Below, piece by piece: positions 1-15,025 of a DNA stretch of 64,000 nucleotides. The position numbers and the translations under genes are program-made. The stretch is taken from contig OX597815.1 of the NCBI GenBank assembly GCA_951406725.2, positions 90,086,001 to 90,150,000 on the forward strand. The letters run 5' to 3'. The stretch comes from Octopus vulgaris (lineage: Eukaryota). Position 1 is the first letter of the stretch, and each line of letters opens with the position of its first letter. A model generated the notes under the pieces. That model did not search any database and was not told the origin of the DNA. It worked only from the letters and a program-made list of their open reading frames with translations.

Positions 1-560
1 TAACGAAGCCTTCGGTACCATCCTCCACAACATACCCCTCCTAAAAAAATACCACAGAATGAACACAATCCTCCAAACACACACGATCATAAAAAGCAAG
101 AGACAGCCTAAATCCATGAAAAGTCTCCTGACACAAGCCCGAATTCACTCTTCAACACAGAAGCCGACAGTAAAAAAATGTGGAAGACCCAATTGCGGGA
201 TATGTGACTATCTAATTGAGGGATCAGAGTTCTCCTTCAAACAGGGACAACGGTTTACAGTGAAAAGCAACTTCACATGTGCTTCGGAGAACCTAATATA
301 CTCACTAACCTGCTCCGGGTGTCAAGAGCAGTACATAGGCCAAACAAAAAACAGTTTGCGTAAACGAATGGCCCTGCACAGATCCCAGATAAAAATTCCC
401 CAAAACAGAAAAATAGTTTTTAGCCAACACATAGATACTTGCGCCAACAAAAAACACCAAGCTTCAGGATTTTCCCCCTCTACCAATTTAGGGACGATAC
501 AACCTCGAGACAACGAATAAGTAAAGAAACTCTCTTTATTACAAAATACAGGCCACTTCA
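1..560 (+). mobile_element. Penelope-like element, C-terminal linker and GIY-YIG endonuclease (runs off window start; frameshifted near the end)
   Basis: ORF 59-520 reads KSKRQPKS...KKCGRPNCGICDY...FTCASENLIYSLTCSGCQEQYIGQTKNSLRKRMALH. This is the Cys-rich linker plus LIY...YIGQT GIY-YIG motif typical of Penelope-like elements. Confidence 0.9.
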
Positions 561-754
561 TAACGGGTCTACGACAAACAATTAATATACCTCAACTTTA
601 GAATAAAAGAAATATTCACACACAAATATTACATTCCAAAGAATCCATTACTAATCACAGCTAAAATCACAGCTATAATCCATAACATGCCAACTTCAAG
701 TCATACAACACCTCACTACTTTAACCCATTCATATTCTCCCTTCTCTGTTTTTT

Positions 755-950
755 TCTTCTTCTTCCTCTTCTTCTTCTTCATCATCATCATTATCATCAT
801 CATCGTCGTCATAATCATCACCACCATCACCATCATCGTCATCTTCTCCTTCTCCTTCTTCTTCTTCTTCTTCTTCTTCTTCTTCATCATCATCATCATC
901 AACATCGTCATGTTCTTCTTCTTCTTCTTCTTCTTCTTCTTCTTCTACTT
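755..950. repeat. Compound (CTT)n/(CAT)n microsatellite
   Basis: Directly visible trinucleotide runs. Confidence 0.95.
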
Positions 951-1727
951 CTCCACCTTCTACCCCTTAACTTTGTCACTAATGTTTTTTAGTATAACAC
1001 CTACGCAAATTCTATAAACAAGCCTTTCAATAGAAATATTCTCCTGAATTGAACTGCGACTGCCAGCCGCCACTGACCATTCAAAATACGACCATCAGGG
1101 CACTCCCAGATTCTCCCACCCCTTTCCTCATCAGCCTTCTTCCTCTACTACCCTACCAAGAACTCACAACGACCTCCAACACACAAGTGCAAACAAGGGA
1201 GTCAGAGAAAGGCAGAATGCCACTTATATCTGAACACTACTATAGAAATATTCCTTTAAAAAAAACTTTTCTTCTAATTTTTCTAAAGTTAATTATTTAA
1301 TCGTTAAATAATTAACTTTAGAAAAATTAGAAGAAAAGTTTTTTTTAAGGAATATTTCTATAGTAGTGTTCAGATATAAGTGGCATTCTGCCTTTCTCTG
1401 ACTCCCTTGTTTGCACTTGTGTGTTGGAGGTCGTTGTGAGTTCTTGGTAGGGTAGTAGAGGAAGAAGGCTGATGAGGAAAGGGGGTGGGAGAATCTGGGA
1501 GTGCCCTGATGGTCGTATTTTGAATGGTCAGTGGCGGCTGGCAGTCGCAGTTCAATTCAGGAGAATATTTCTATTGAAAGGCTTGTTTATAGAATTTGCG
1601 TAGGTGTTATACTAAAAAACATTAGTGACAAAGTTAAGGGGTAGAAGGTGGAGAAGTAGAAGAAGAAGAAGAAGAAGAAGAAGAAGAAGAAGAAGAAGAA
1701 GAAGAAGAAGAAGAAGAAGAAGAAGAA
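914..1727. repeat. Near-perfect long inverted repeat (unique arms ~945-1300 and 1304-1659, loop TCG), likely an inverted Penelope terminal repeat
   Basis: Centre reads ctaaagttaattatttaa-tcg-ttaaataattaactttag. ORFs 1049(+) and 1555(-) begin with the same peptide. The differences seen are homopolymer-length changes. Confidence 0.9.
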
Positions 1728-2339
1728 TATATAATTATTTTATATATTAGTAATTAAAATGGAATAAGGTGAATTGGTTCTTTTCAAAGCCAAGGACAGC
1801 ACTCTCATTGATCGCTAGTAGTAGTAAACACATTTAACCTCCGCTGACCCCAAGGGTGTGAGGCCTCTTTTGTCACTTTATCGAACAGGAAGGAGTGTCC
1901 ATTGCCTATCTCTTCACCATCTACCGAATCTATTTACAGACCTGTGGACTTTAATCAATTCACCAAGCTGCTTCTCTTGCTCCTACTATTCCTTTAAACC
2001 TTCACATACTTACGATTATCTTCAGTACAAGACAAAGATTGGAACTAAGCAACATTTAATGATACCTTTCTAATAATAAACGGAAATTATAATAGTGATG
2101 CCAATAATAGTGATGATAATAATTATGATAATAACAGTTAGCCAAAACCTATGTCGGATCAGAGGAAATATTAACAATGACAAATATTTTTAAAAAATGA
2201 AAATAAAAATTTCAGTGATGACAATAATAATAATGAAAGGAGGCGTTTGGAATATCCCTATTCTCTGATTGTTGATACATCTAGTGATGGTGTCACGATA
2301 ATAACACTGGTAATTGCGCATCCTGATAATCGCTACCTC

Positions 2340-5300
2340 ATATGAGTGACGATGAAAAAAACAAAATATTGAGAATAACAGTGGTAATGAAACTGAAGCG
2401 CTTGATGGTGACAGTGTTGCATTTGGTAGGCTCAGAGATACTGGTCCGACTCCAGTCTGTTGTTATCCAGTAAGGGACCAGCACACACAACATAGATGGA
2501 ACAAACAAGTCAATGCTGTGGTCATGGAGTGTTACTACCTGGGCAACCGCGTAGAGGAAAAGGGTGTTCATCTTAGGGTATACTGACAACGTATATATGA
2601 TCAATGAAGAGAAAGAGTATGGTTCCAACTCACGGAGCAGAAAGTATGTGACCAATAAGAAAAAATTGTTGGTTCACAGAAGTAGAGATCGGAGCTGTCA
2701 AAAAAAAAAACACAGGTACTGGAAACTAGCGGCAGTGGAAAGGATGAAAATACAGTTCCTACTTAGAAAAGTAATCTCATAGCAGAAAACAGAGGTGGAA
2801 TCTCTAATAAGCTACCGGAAAGGAACAGTGGTTGCGTGTATCGAGAGAGACATAGATGGTTTGGAAGAAGTCAATCAAACTAATACTGACATGACAGATG
2901 GGCAAAAAAAGCAAAACTACAAGACACAGACAGTAAAATTATTTACAAACTTAAAAAGGTTGATCGGTGGAAATTAAACGAAGAAAAGCAAAATGTCAAT
3001 AAAATTCTGAAATATACCAGAACAAAAAAATCCCAGAAACAAATAATTTGATCAAAGTAGCAAGTATTGTTGTAGCAGAAAATAAGGGTGATGGTGTCAA
3101 GAAACGAATATAATGGGAGTGACAAAAGATGAGATCCATAGAGGAAAAGAAGAATACAGGCGGGGTTAGATATGCTCTCGAAAGACATTTCTGTGTTAGA
3201 CTGAGAAAGGGGGGTTTTAAAGCGAACAAAAATACGTGGCACTGAACAGGAAGTATGATATTGAAAGCAAAGGCCTGAAAATGGTAATGGAGGAACTGAA
3301 ACAGCGCATCGTTGCAAAGAAAACAAAGATGGTAAGATAAGACCAAATAAAGAAGAGGTTATTCAGAGAAGATCAGAAGAGATTCTATAAAGAAACAAAT
3401 AGAGGGTGTACAGATGGAAATTGATACCAGATAACATTTAAAGTCAAAGGTTTTGGATTGACATCTGGAGCAAAGGCAAGGAGCACAAGAAGGATGCTGA
3501 ATGGTTGCAATAACTGAAATAAACAGTAGTCTATCTAAAATAGGCTGAACTTGTCGTTTCAGCTAGGGAAGTGAAGGAAATCAGCAAAGAAAATGAGCAA
3601 CTGGAAGCCCCCGGAACTAGATGGAGTTCAAGGCTACTGAATCAAAAGATTTGGTGAATGCCATGCACGAACATCTACGCAACTCAACACCTTGTTAAAT
3701 ACCGGTCATATAACATAGGGATTGGTTGACATTGGATAGGAGAGTGCTGTGCTTGAAAAACATCGAAAAAGGCAATACGGTAGACGATTACAGGTAGACA
3801 ACCTGTTTGCTATTTATGTGGATGTTATTGACTGGAATACTCGCAGGATCAATGTACGAATATTTAGAAAAAATGGAGTCCTGCCACATGAGCAGAGGGG
3901 TTGCAAGCGTGAGTGAAGAGGTACGAAGGATCAACACTTGATAGAGAAAACTGTATTGAGAGACTGCAAGAGGAGGAAAAGTATCTTAGCCATGTCGTGG
4001 ATCGACTATCGTAAGGCGTACGATATGATCACACATTCTTGGATTATGGAGTGTATGAACCTATTTGTAATTGCATCGAATGTTGAGCGATTTCTTGGAA
4101 AAAGTATGGCGAATTGGAGGACGGACATGTTATCATACAGAAGACATTTAGGGACAGTAGAAATTAGGAGGGCTATCTTCCAAGGAGACTGCCTGTCCCC
4201 ACTGATCTTTGTATTGTGTTTGATACCATTGACACTGATAGTGAGGAAAGCAAAAGCGAGGTGTGTATTCAAAAAGCCGCCAACAAAATGTCTACCATTT
4301 GTTATTCATGGATGATCTCAAACTTTATGGTAAAGATGAAGCCCAAGTCAGTTCTCTCATTGATACAGTGTATAACTTCAGTGCTGATATCAAAATGGAA
4401 TTCGGACTGAGAAAGTGTGGTGTGTTAGTCTTGAAGAGAGGCGAAATCAAATGTATGGACGGACTAACGATACCATCGGGGGAGGTGATGAAGCAGACAG
4501 AAGAAACGGACTATAAGTACTTGGGGATTTTGGAAGTGGATGAATTGATGGAGAAAGGAATGACAGAAAAATTTAAGGTGGAGTGTTTCGCAGACTGAGA
4601 CTGATCCTAACGACGAAATTAAACGGACAGAGTGAGATGGAAGCTATCAACACCTGGGCTGTGTCACTCCTTAGATATGGAGCAGGGGTAATCGCATGGA
4701 CAGTAGACGAACTAAATAGCTTAGACAGAAAGACAAGGAAGTTGCTAACTAGATGTACCAAGAAAACTAAGGGGAAGAGGACTTATTGGAAGCGAACACA
4801 GCATTATAGCAGAAGAAAACAACATAGCACGGTATGTAGAAAATGCCACAGAACCGCTGTTAGTAGACGTAAGACGGTCAGGCTTTTGTAGGATGAAAGA
4901 TTTGAAAGATAAAGTACTATACAAGAAATTGAAAAACCAATGAAACTGAAAATAGGTGGGTAAAGAAAGGAATGCATGGATAGGGATGTTGAAGAGCAGA
5001 CAAACAGAGAAAAAGATGGCTGTGGATGACTAAAACTGATTTAAAACTGGAAATGGAGGCTCTAATCTGTGCTGTCCAAGAACAAGCACTAAGAACAAAC
5101 TACATAAAATCCAGAATAAACAACACAGCGGAAAGTGATAAGCGCAGAATCAACTGTGGACAAAACGTTGAAACCGTGTGGCATATTACCAGCCAATGTA
5201 CACCACTATCCCCGAAGGAATATAAGAGACGCTACGACAATATAAATTTGCAACAACTATGGACTTGAGCGGCGCAAAAATTTGGTACGACAATATAACT

Positions 5301-5479
5301 TTGCAACAACTATGGACTTGAGCGGCGCAAAAATTTGGTACGACCACAAACCTGAAGGCATTATCGAAAATAGAAATGTTACGGAAGGTGCTCGAAAAGT
5401 AAGAGGTGTTAGGTTAGTTCACTGGTAGTGAATAGCTGACATTGTAGTACATCTCCAGCGTTAGAAGCTGTGCAAAGGC
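2340..5479 (+). mobile_element. R4/Dong-clade non-LTR retrotransposon, lineage A, near full-length but degenerate
   Basis: N-terminal RWNKQVNAVVMECYY (~2493). RT motifs WKAPG-like, WIDYRKAYD, FQGDCLSPL, HLLFMDDLKLY, YKYLG. Also EALICAVQEQALRT and a CCHC remnant. 3' UTR ends gctgtgcaaaggc followed by (AAT)n. Many stops and frameshifts; the endonuclease region is deleted near 5380. Confidence 0.9.
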
Positions 5480-5541
<62 letters not shown>

Positions 5542-5551
5542 TGATGATGAC

Positions 5552-5626
<75 letters not shown>

Positions 5627-5638
5627 GATGATGATGAC

Positions 5639-5690
<52 letters not shown>
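5480..5690. repeat. (TAA)n tract with two TGATGATGATGAC interruptions; tail of lineage A and target of lineage B
   Basis: Directly visible. Confidence 0.95.
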
Positions 5691-8298
<2,608 letters not shown>

Positions 8299-8707
8299 GG
8301 CAGATCTGTGATGGTGATGATGGCAATGATGATGAGGATGTTGATAATGATGAGGATTTCATAATCATACTAAAAATAATTCATGATACTGAATAGAATT
8401 GTGTTGATAAATTCAAGAAAAAACACACTCATATCTTCAAGATTTCATTCGATTTTCCCAATATATTAGAAAGTGTATATCCGTAATTGGTTAAATTTAG
8501 AAAAGGTTTTTGTGCTTCAGTGAAAAATCTAATCGGGCATTTGCTAATTTAAAATAGGAGCTTCGTTTTGGTATTTGATCAGAGTAAACTGTTTGTCATA
8601 GATGATTTAATAGCAATAACAGATCGGTAGCTAATACTGATTAAAAGTTTTTCTATAGAAATATTAGATAAAATAGTCAGAAGCCAGTACATATATATGT
8701 ATATTTG

Positions 8708-8777
<70 letters not shown>

Positions 8778-8893
8778 TATATACATACATACATACATAC
8801 ATACATACATGAAAGTATGTATGTATTTAAACATATATTTTTGTGTTAGTCTATGTATGTCTGTATATATCGGTGTATATGCGTGTGTAGACA

Positions 8894-8933
<40 letters not shown>

Positions 8934-9231
8934 CAGATACACAGTAAGTGCGGTTAATTTATTGTCTAAATTACGCAAAAATGTAAATATCACTGATATG
9001 TATATGCCTATATGCTTATATATAGCTGTTGAGTGTTCTTTGCTTCTACCTATTTCAAATAGTTATCAATGGATGAGGATGCTCTGGACATTCAGTCCTA
9101 CAAATGGAAACGAGCTATTCCTTTCCAACTATTTTGGGGTTGCATCTAGTGTTGGCATATGAGCGGCAGCCTCTTCGGCGTACTTCCAATGATACAGACT
9201 TGTTTTTCAAAGTTTGTTTTTCATTCTCTCC

Positions 9232-9720
9232 AGGTTGATAAAATAAAGTACCAGTATAAAATAAAGGAATCTGTATAATTGAACAACCCTCCCTACGTCT
9301 AAAATGTTTGGCCGTGTACCAAAATTTGAAAGTATTATTATTGTTGCTAAGGCGGCGAGATGGCAGAACCGTTAGCATGCCGGGCGAAATGCTTAGCGAT
9401 ATTTCGTGTCTTTACGTTCTGAGTTCAAATTCCTCCGAGGTCGACTTCACCTCTCATCCTTTCGGGGTCGATAAATTAAGTACCAGTTCCACACTGGGGT
9501 CGATTTAATCGACTGGCTTCCTTCCCCAAAATTTCGGGCCTTGTGCCTAGATTAGAAAAGAACCGTTAGCACGCCAGGGAAAATGGTTACGGTATTTCGT
9601 CTATCTTTACCTTCTGAGTTCAAAATCTGCTTTTTAGGATTGATAAAATTAGTACGAGTTAAATACTGTGGTTGATGTAATCCCTTCCTCGATATTGCTG
9701 GCTTTGTACCTAAACTCGTA
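9232..9720 (+). mobile_element. Cluster of tRNA-type SINE family A copies (full copy ~9349-9560 plus two partial)
   Basis: ggcggcgagatggcagaaccgttagc (A-box-like), gagttcaaattcc (B-box), then tcatcctttcggggtcgataaattaagtaccag. The same sequence recurs many times in the window. Confidence 0.85.
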
Positions 9721-10539
9721 TTATTATTATTGTTGTTTTGATGTTGTAGTTGCGTGGTTTTAATCGATTCAGCAGTACTTGTGCTTCTTCCATGGAGTGA
9801 GGGCAGGTGAAGAAAAAAAAACATTTGATTTTGAATAAATTCCTCTAGGGAATTGTAGTATTTCATTCGTCTTACCATACCTTTTAGACATGAGTTCTGA
9901 ATATTTTCAAACATACATTTACTTTGTTTACATTCAATATATGGTGGCTGCTCGTCAGAAAATAAAGCACCCACAAGAAACAACATAAATGACCGTAACA
10001 GCACATTAACACTCTCGCCCCCTCCCCCCCCCAAGAAAATAATTACATAATTAAGATGAGCTTATTCAAAGTTGAAAAATATTGGCTATTGAAGATAATG
10101 ACGATTTCTTATACTGCAAGGCAAAAACCCAGAAATTGTAGTGGCACGGTTCGATCGATGAAATCCACCTTAGATTTTTTTTTCAATATTCGTCTTTTCT
10201 CGTGTAATGACACTTCAAAATTGTCCTTCCCGTTTGGAAACGTCCTCCTGAAGGTAATGTCGAGCAGATCATTGCTGTAATCGAGGAGAATAAGAAGAAA
10301 TAAATTCAAGAAATGATCAAGAAAGTAAAACAGTATTTCAAAGCAAAAAAATAACTTTTGAAATCAAGACAATATTCACGCGCGTGCACATAAACACACA
10401 CACACCTAATGTTTTGAATGTAAGTTAAATGCTGTTTTAACCACATATAAAATTACCGTTGATGTCAAAACATTTCATTTGCAGAAGACATGTAAAGAAA
10501 CGTCATCTTACAAGAATAGCTGCTTCACTAAACGAAAGA

Positions 10540-11047
10540 TCAACTGGCACGAGGAAGAAGAAAAGTAAGTTATCTTTGCACTGAGATAGCTATAATGAGT
10601 TTCCTTGCTACCCACCATAGTGGAAATTGATGTGGATCTCCTAGAGACATGGAGCAAAAGCCCCTGACACAAGAGGGATGATAAAACGAGGAAAGTGCCT
10701 CCGCTTTGCCGCATCTGCAATAAAGTGGATGAATCCCTTGCCCATATGTCGACAGAATGCCCTAGACTTGCCCCAAACCACTACAAGTTGTAGCGACACG
10801 ATCAAGTACAGAAGGTGTTGCATTGGAAGATGTGCAAAAAGTGGAGGTTAGAGAGAGGAAAGACGGGTATGAGCACGAACTACAGAGAGGAGTGGTGGAG
10901 TTGGGAGACTAGCAAAATACTCTGGGATTTTCCAACCCAAACAGATCAGGTGGTAGAGCATAACAGACCGGACCTGGAGGTAGTGGACAAGGCGTACCTC
11001 ATATGCTGTATAGTTGATGGTGCATGCCCCTATGATCCCCGAATATT
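10540..11047 (+). mobile_element. Degenerate R4/Dong fragment (CCHC to endonuclease)
   Basis: LCRICNKVDESLAHMSTECP, RHDQV, VLHWKMCKKW, KILWDF, HNRPDL. Confidence 0.85.
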
Positions 11048-11432
11048 CTTAGTGACTGACGATATATGCATCTCTGATCACGAACAGAAGTAGTTGGGGA
11101 GCATCATAGCTATGTGTTGAGGGACATTCTTTGGGGTTTGAATAATTCACCTCGTGAAACAGGAGTGTTTCGTTCATCGTCCTCAAACAAATCTTATGCA
11201 GTGACCTTTTGGACGGAATGGGTTATTCAGCCGGAAGAAAATTCTAACTAGGCCCCACTTGCTTAGATCATGCGCTGTTTATCTTGATATGAGATCACAA
11301 TGTCGCGCATATGTGGTTGTGATGCATGTACCTGGTATACCTTTATCAGACGAGTAGTCATAATGAGTATATTGAGCTTCGTATAAATTGTAACCCAGTG
11401 TCACTTTGATGGCATGCCCTGCTGTCACACTC
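11048..11432 (+). mobile_element. Element X, 3' ~385 bp, ending in (AAC)(AAT)n
   Basis: Reverse-complement match to 60934-61315 (e.g. ctgacgatatatgcatctctgatcacg; actttgatggcatgc...cactc). Confidence 0.85.
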
Positions 11433-11456
11433 AATAATAACAACAACAACAACAAC

Positions 11457-11551
<95 letters not shown>

Positions 11552-11553
<2 letters not shown>

Positions 11554-11969
11554 CGAGCATGAGACAGTGAATAGGAAACCAGACATAGTCTTAATTGAGA
11601 AAGAAAGGAAATGATGCTGGATCATAGATATAACATGCCTAACTGAAAACAAGTTGTGCGATAAGGAAGAAAGAAAAGTTGATAGATATAATAGGTTAGC
11701 TTGGGACATTAAGCAGTTGTGATCGCTGAAAAATGTTGTAATAGACCAATAATTGTTGGAGCTCTGAGAACGGTGAGTAAAAATCTTGAGAAGTACGTGG
11801 AACAAATAAGGACTGCAATAAGCGTGGAGCATTTGCAGAAAACAGTAGTGCTTGGAACCGCTCCAATACTCCGGATGGTGCTCGAAAAATAAGGGGTGTT
11901 ACCTTAGTTCACTGGTAGTGAACAACTGACACCGTAGCACATCTGCAGCTTTAGAAGCTGTGCAAAGAC
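11552..11969 (+). mobile_element. R4/Dong lineage A 3' fragment
   Basis: NRKPDIVLIEKE...WIIDITC and LQKTVVLGTA..LRMVLEK*. The 3' UTR matches 5400-5479. Confidence 0.9.
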
Positions 11970-11985
11970 AATAAAATAATACTAA

Positions 11986-12205
11986 TAAAGGTTTCAAATT
12001 TTTGCCACAAGGGCAGTTTAGGGGAGGGGGTTAAGTCGATTACATTGAGCCTAGTACGTAACTGGTACTTATTTAAACTTTTTTAATCGACCCCGAAAAG
12101 ATGAAAGGCAGAGTTGACCTCGGCGGAGTTTTAACTCAGAACGTAAAGACCGATGAAACACCGCTAGGAATTTTGTCCGTTGTGTTTTAGATTCTGCCAG
12201 CTCGG
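11986..12205 (-). mobile_element. SINE family A
   Basis: Reverse complement of the family A sequence (tcgaccccgaaaagatgaaaggc...ctgccagctcg). Confidence 0.85.
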
Positions 12206-12319
12206 CAGAATCTATATTACATTTCAAATTAGATAAGTAATTTGCATAGCATTTTTACATTATTGGTTTTATCCAGTACGGGTATCATTTTGATAGTGTA
12301 CAATATTAGAGCATTTGAA

Positions 12320-12515
12320 CGTGGCGAGCTGGTAGAATCGTTAGCACACCGGGAAATACACTTAACAGGATTTCGCCTGTCTTTACCTTCTGGGTGCAAA
12401 TTCCACTTCAGATAGAATTTACTTTTTACCTTTCGGTTTCGATACAATAAGTACCAGCTGAGCACTAGGGTTTATGTAAGTGATTGTTCCACTCTCTCGA
12501 AATTGCTGGCCTTAC
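12320..12515 (+). mobile_element. SINE family A (diverged)
   Basis: ggcgagctggtagaatcgttagcac...ataagtaccag. Confidence 0.8.
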
Positions 12516-13039
12516 CAATATTAGAGCGTATGTGTATCAAGAAAAGCAGAAGGCATACCATTACGATTTTTTTTTACATGGGTATTTTTCAATGTAACTG
12601 AAAGGAAATGAATTCAAAAATATGTTAACCTCACACATATTTGGATCGTAGTGAATTCCCGTTACGCTCTACGATGCGATATGATGAAATACACACAGGA
12701 AAGCAGTAATAACTTCATACAGAAAAAAGACGAGATCAAAGAGATAAAAATTACATAACAATAAATAAAAAAGTGACATGTTAAGATAAAAAGATACTTT
12801 GAAATATAATGTGTATTCCATTGTGAATATATTAAACCCCATCTACGAATCCTTTTTGTTCCCATCAATCTACTAATGTATAGTTCAAGAGTAATGTGAT
12901 ATAACAAGTATATGTATGCATATTTGCATATGCATATGTATTTAAGTATATTCATAAATATATATTTATACACAAACAAGGACGTATACATATTGACTCA
13001 CAAATATACGCATACACATACACACACTTGCGCACACAT

Positions 13040-13074
<35 letters not shown>

Positions 13075-13113
13075 CATATATATGTATATATATATACATA
13101 CATACATACATGC

Positions 13114-13189
<76 letters not shown>

Positions 13190-14980
13190 TTATTTATACC
13201 CCGCTTTAGCACCCTTTAGTTTCTATTTCAGTATTTGATGTTATTTGAGGTTTTTGTCAACTGATGTTCCCTAACATATAATGTTTAAAAAATGCATTTG
13301 CAGCTTCATACTCTACTTGATTATTTACTTTTTTTCTTGTTTCTATGTTATTATGACTGTCCTGATAAAATTTGTACAATATAAAGTTTTTTTATCAAAA
13401 AAATAACGCTAAGGATAGATTTGTTTAGCAAAATATGCAGTATGAATAACCCTTACCAATCTTAAGTTGATTATATTGCGCATTGCTCAGTATAGTAACG
13501 TATAAGCCGTTTTTATTATTTCATACATTATTTTGTAATACAATACATAATAAAATAATCATTATTATGGTTATTATATATTTGAATTATTACTATTTTT
13601 TATCATGATTATTATTCATTTTATCATAGGTTTTGTTGTATTTCCTGGAGTCATCATCATCATCATGATTAACAATAATAATAGTTGTATTTCAAATAAT
13701 AAATCAAACACTGGCGTATCTACAAATAAAATCATGAAATAGTCCTACCATGAATATGCTGTAGATAGATATATACATGTGTGTATTAATATGTTCAAAA
13801 TTGCCGACCTATACAAGTTTGTTTCTCTGAATCAATATTGTCACGTAAAAATAATATACTGCGTTTCGTTTTTGACTTTGTTTTACCGATATTTGAGCGA
13901 GGAAACGGAGTAAACGTAGTTATTCCGCAATGAATTGTGTAGAGTAGATGTTTTGGGGAAAGTAACACCGTCTGTTATAAAATTAAGAATATTACAGGTA
14001 TGCACATGAATTAACAAATTTAGTATAATATTTTTCAAATATACAAACATATATATTTGTCAAAAATATAAATTTGTCACTTTAAATATAATCTTCCTTC
14101 GTAAATGCAGTATATATATTACTGTTATTCTACACAGTCTATAGAATTGTTTTGGGAAACTATATTTATAGCGCTTTGCTTAAATTAGCATTGAGTATCT
14201 ATATAGTAATCTGCTTGCTCGTTCGCCCGTTATGTATTAGTTAGTTAGAAAGGTGGAGGTGGGTGTAGAGTGAGTGAGAGGTGGGGAGAGTGAGAGATGA
14301 GGTGAGTGAGGGTGGAGTGAGTGAGAGCTGGAGTAACACTGAGGAAGAGAGGGAGGAGTGAAAAAAGAAGAGAGGAAGTAGAGACAGGTGATTAACATTA
14401 ATACACTTAGGCCAAATTGTCATGTGGTCAGCTGAAAGTAGAGGCGAAGAACGAGATAAGAAAAAAAACCGACGAAAGAAAATGAGGGAGAAAAAAGTGT
14501 TGGCATGTGGTGGCGTGGGGAAAAGAATACTTATTACGTGCTTAGAAAGTTAGCTGAAGGGAAAGGATGCACAGAGAAGGCAGTTATATTGAGAGAGTGA
14601 GTAAGAGGGGAAGGTAGTGGCGGTAGAGCTAGCGGTGGTGTTTTGTTGTTAATAAAAATTCTTTTTTTGTTTTTTGTGAACTAATTTTTTAATTACGAAT
14701 ATCGCATACGCATAATCGAAATTATTCATCGTCTGCCCGCTTAAAAAATGATATTTGTTTATAAAAGTAAATATAGCATGAGCTCTGGATTTACAAGAAA
14801 CGCGGTTACTCGAGAAAGGATGTGCAGACACAGAGCTCGGAGCAGAGAGAAACAGTTCAAAGGTATAAGGAAAAGAGGGAAAAAAACAACACCGACGGAG
14901 ATATGAGGAAAGGAATTTAGACGAACGTCAAGAAAGCTAAATAATAAATGCTATATGAAAATGCAGATAATCCTTTCTTT

Positions 14981-15025
<45 letters not shown>

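Noticed and set aside
1469-1480. CTGATGAG-GAAA in the palindrome arm as a hammerhead
   Set aside because: There is no room for stem II, and no convincing stems I or III.
5538-5690. Met/Ile-rich N-terminus of the 845-aa ORF
   Set aside because: It is encoded by the (TAA/TGA)n target. The element is 5'-truncated, so this is not an authentic start.
9349-9435. SINE heads as tRNA genes
   Set aside because: They have A/B boxes but no cloverleaf, and continue into the repeated SINE body.
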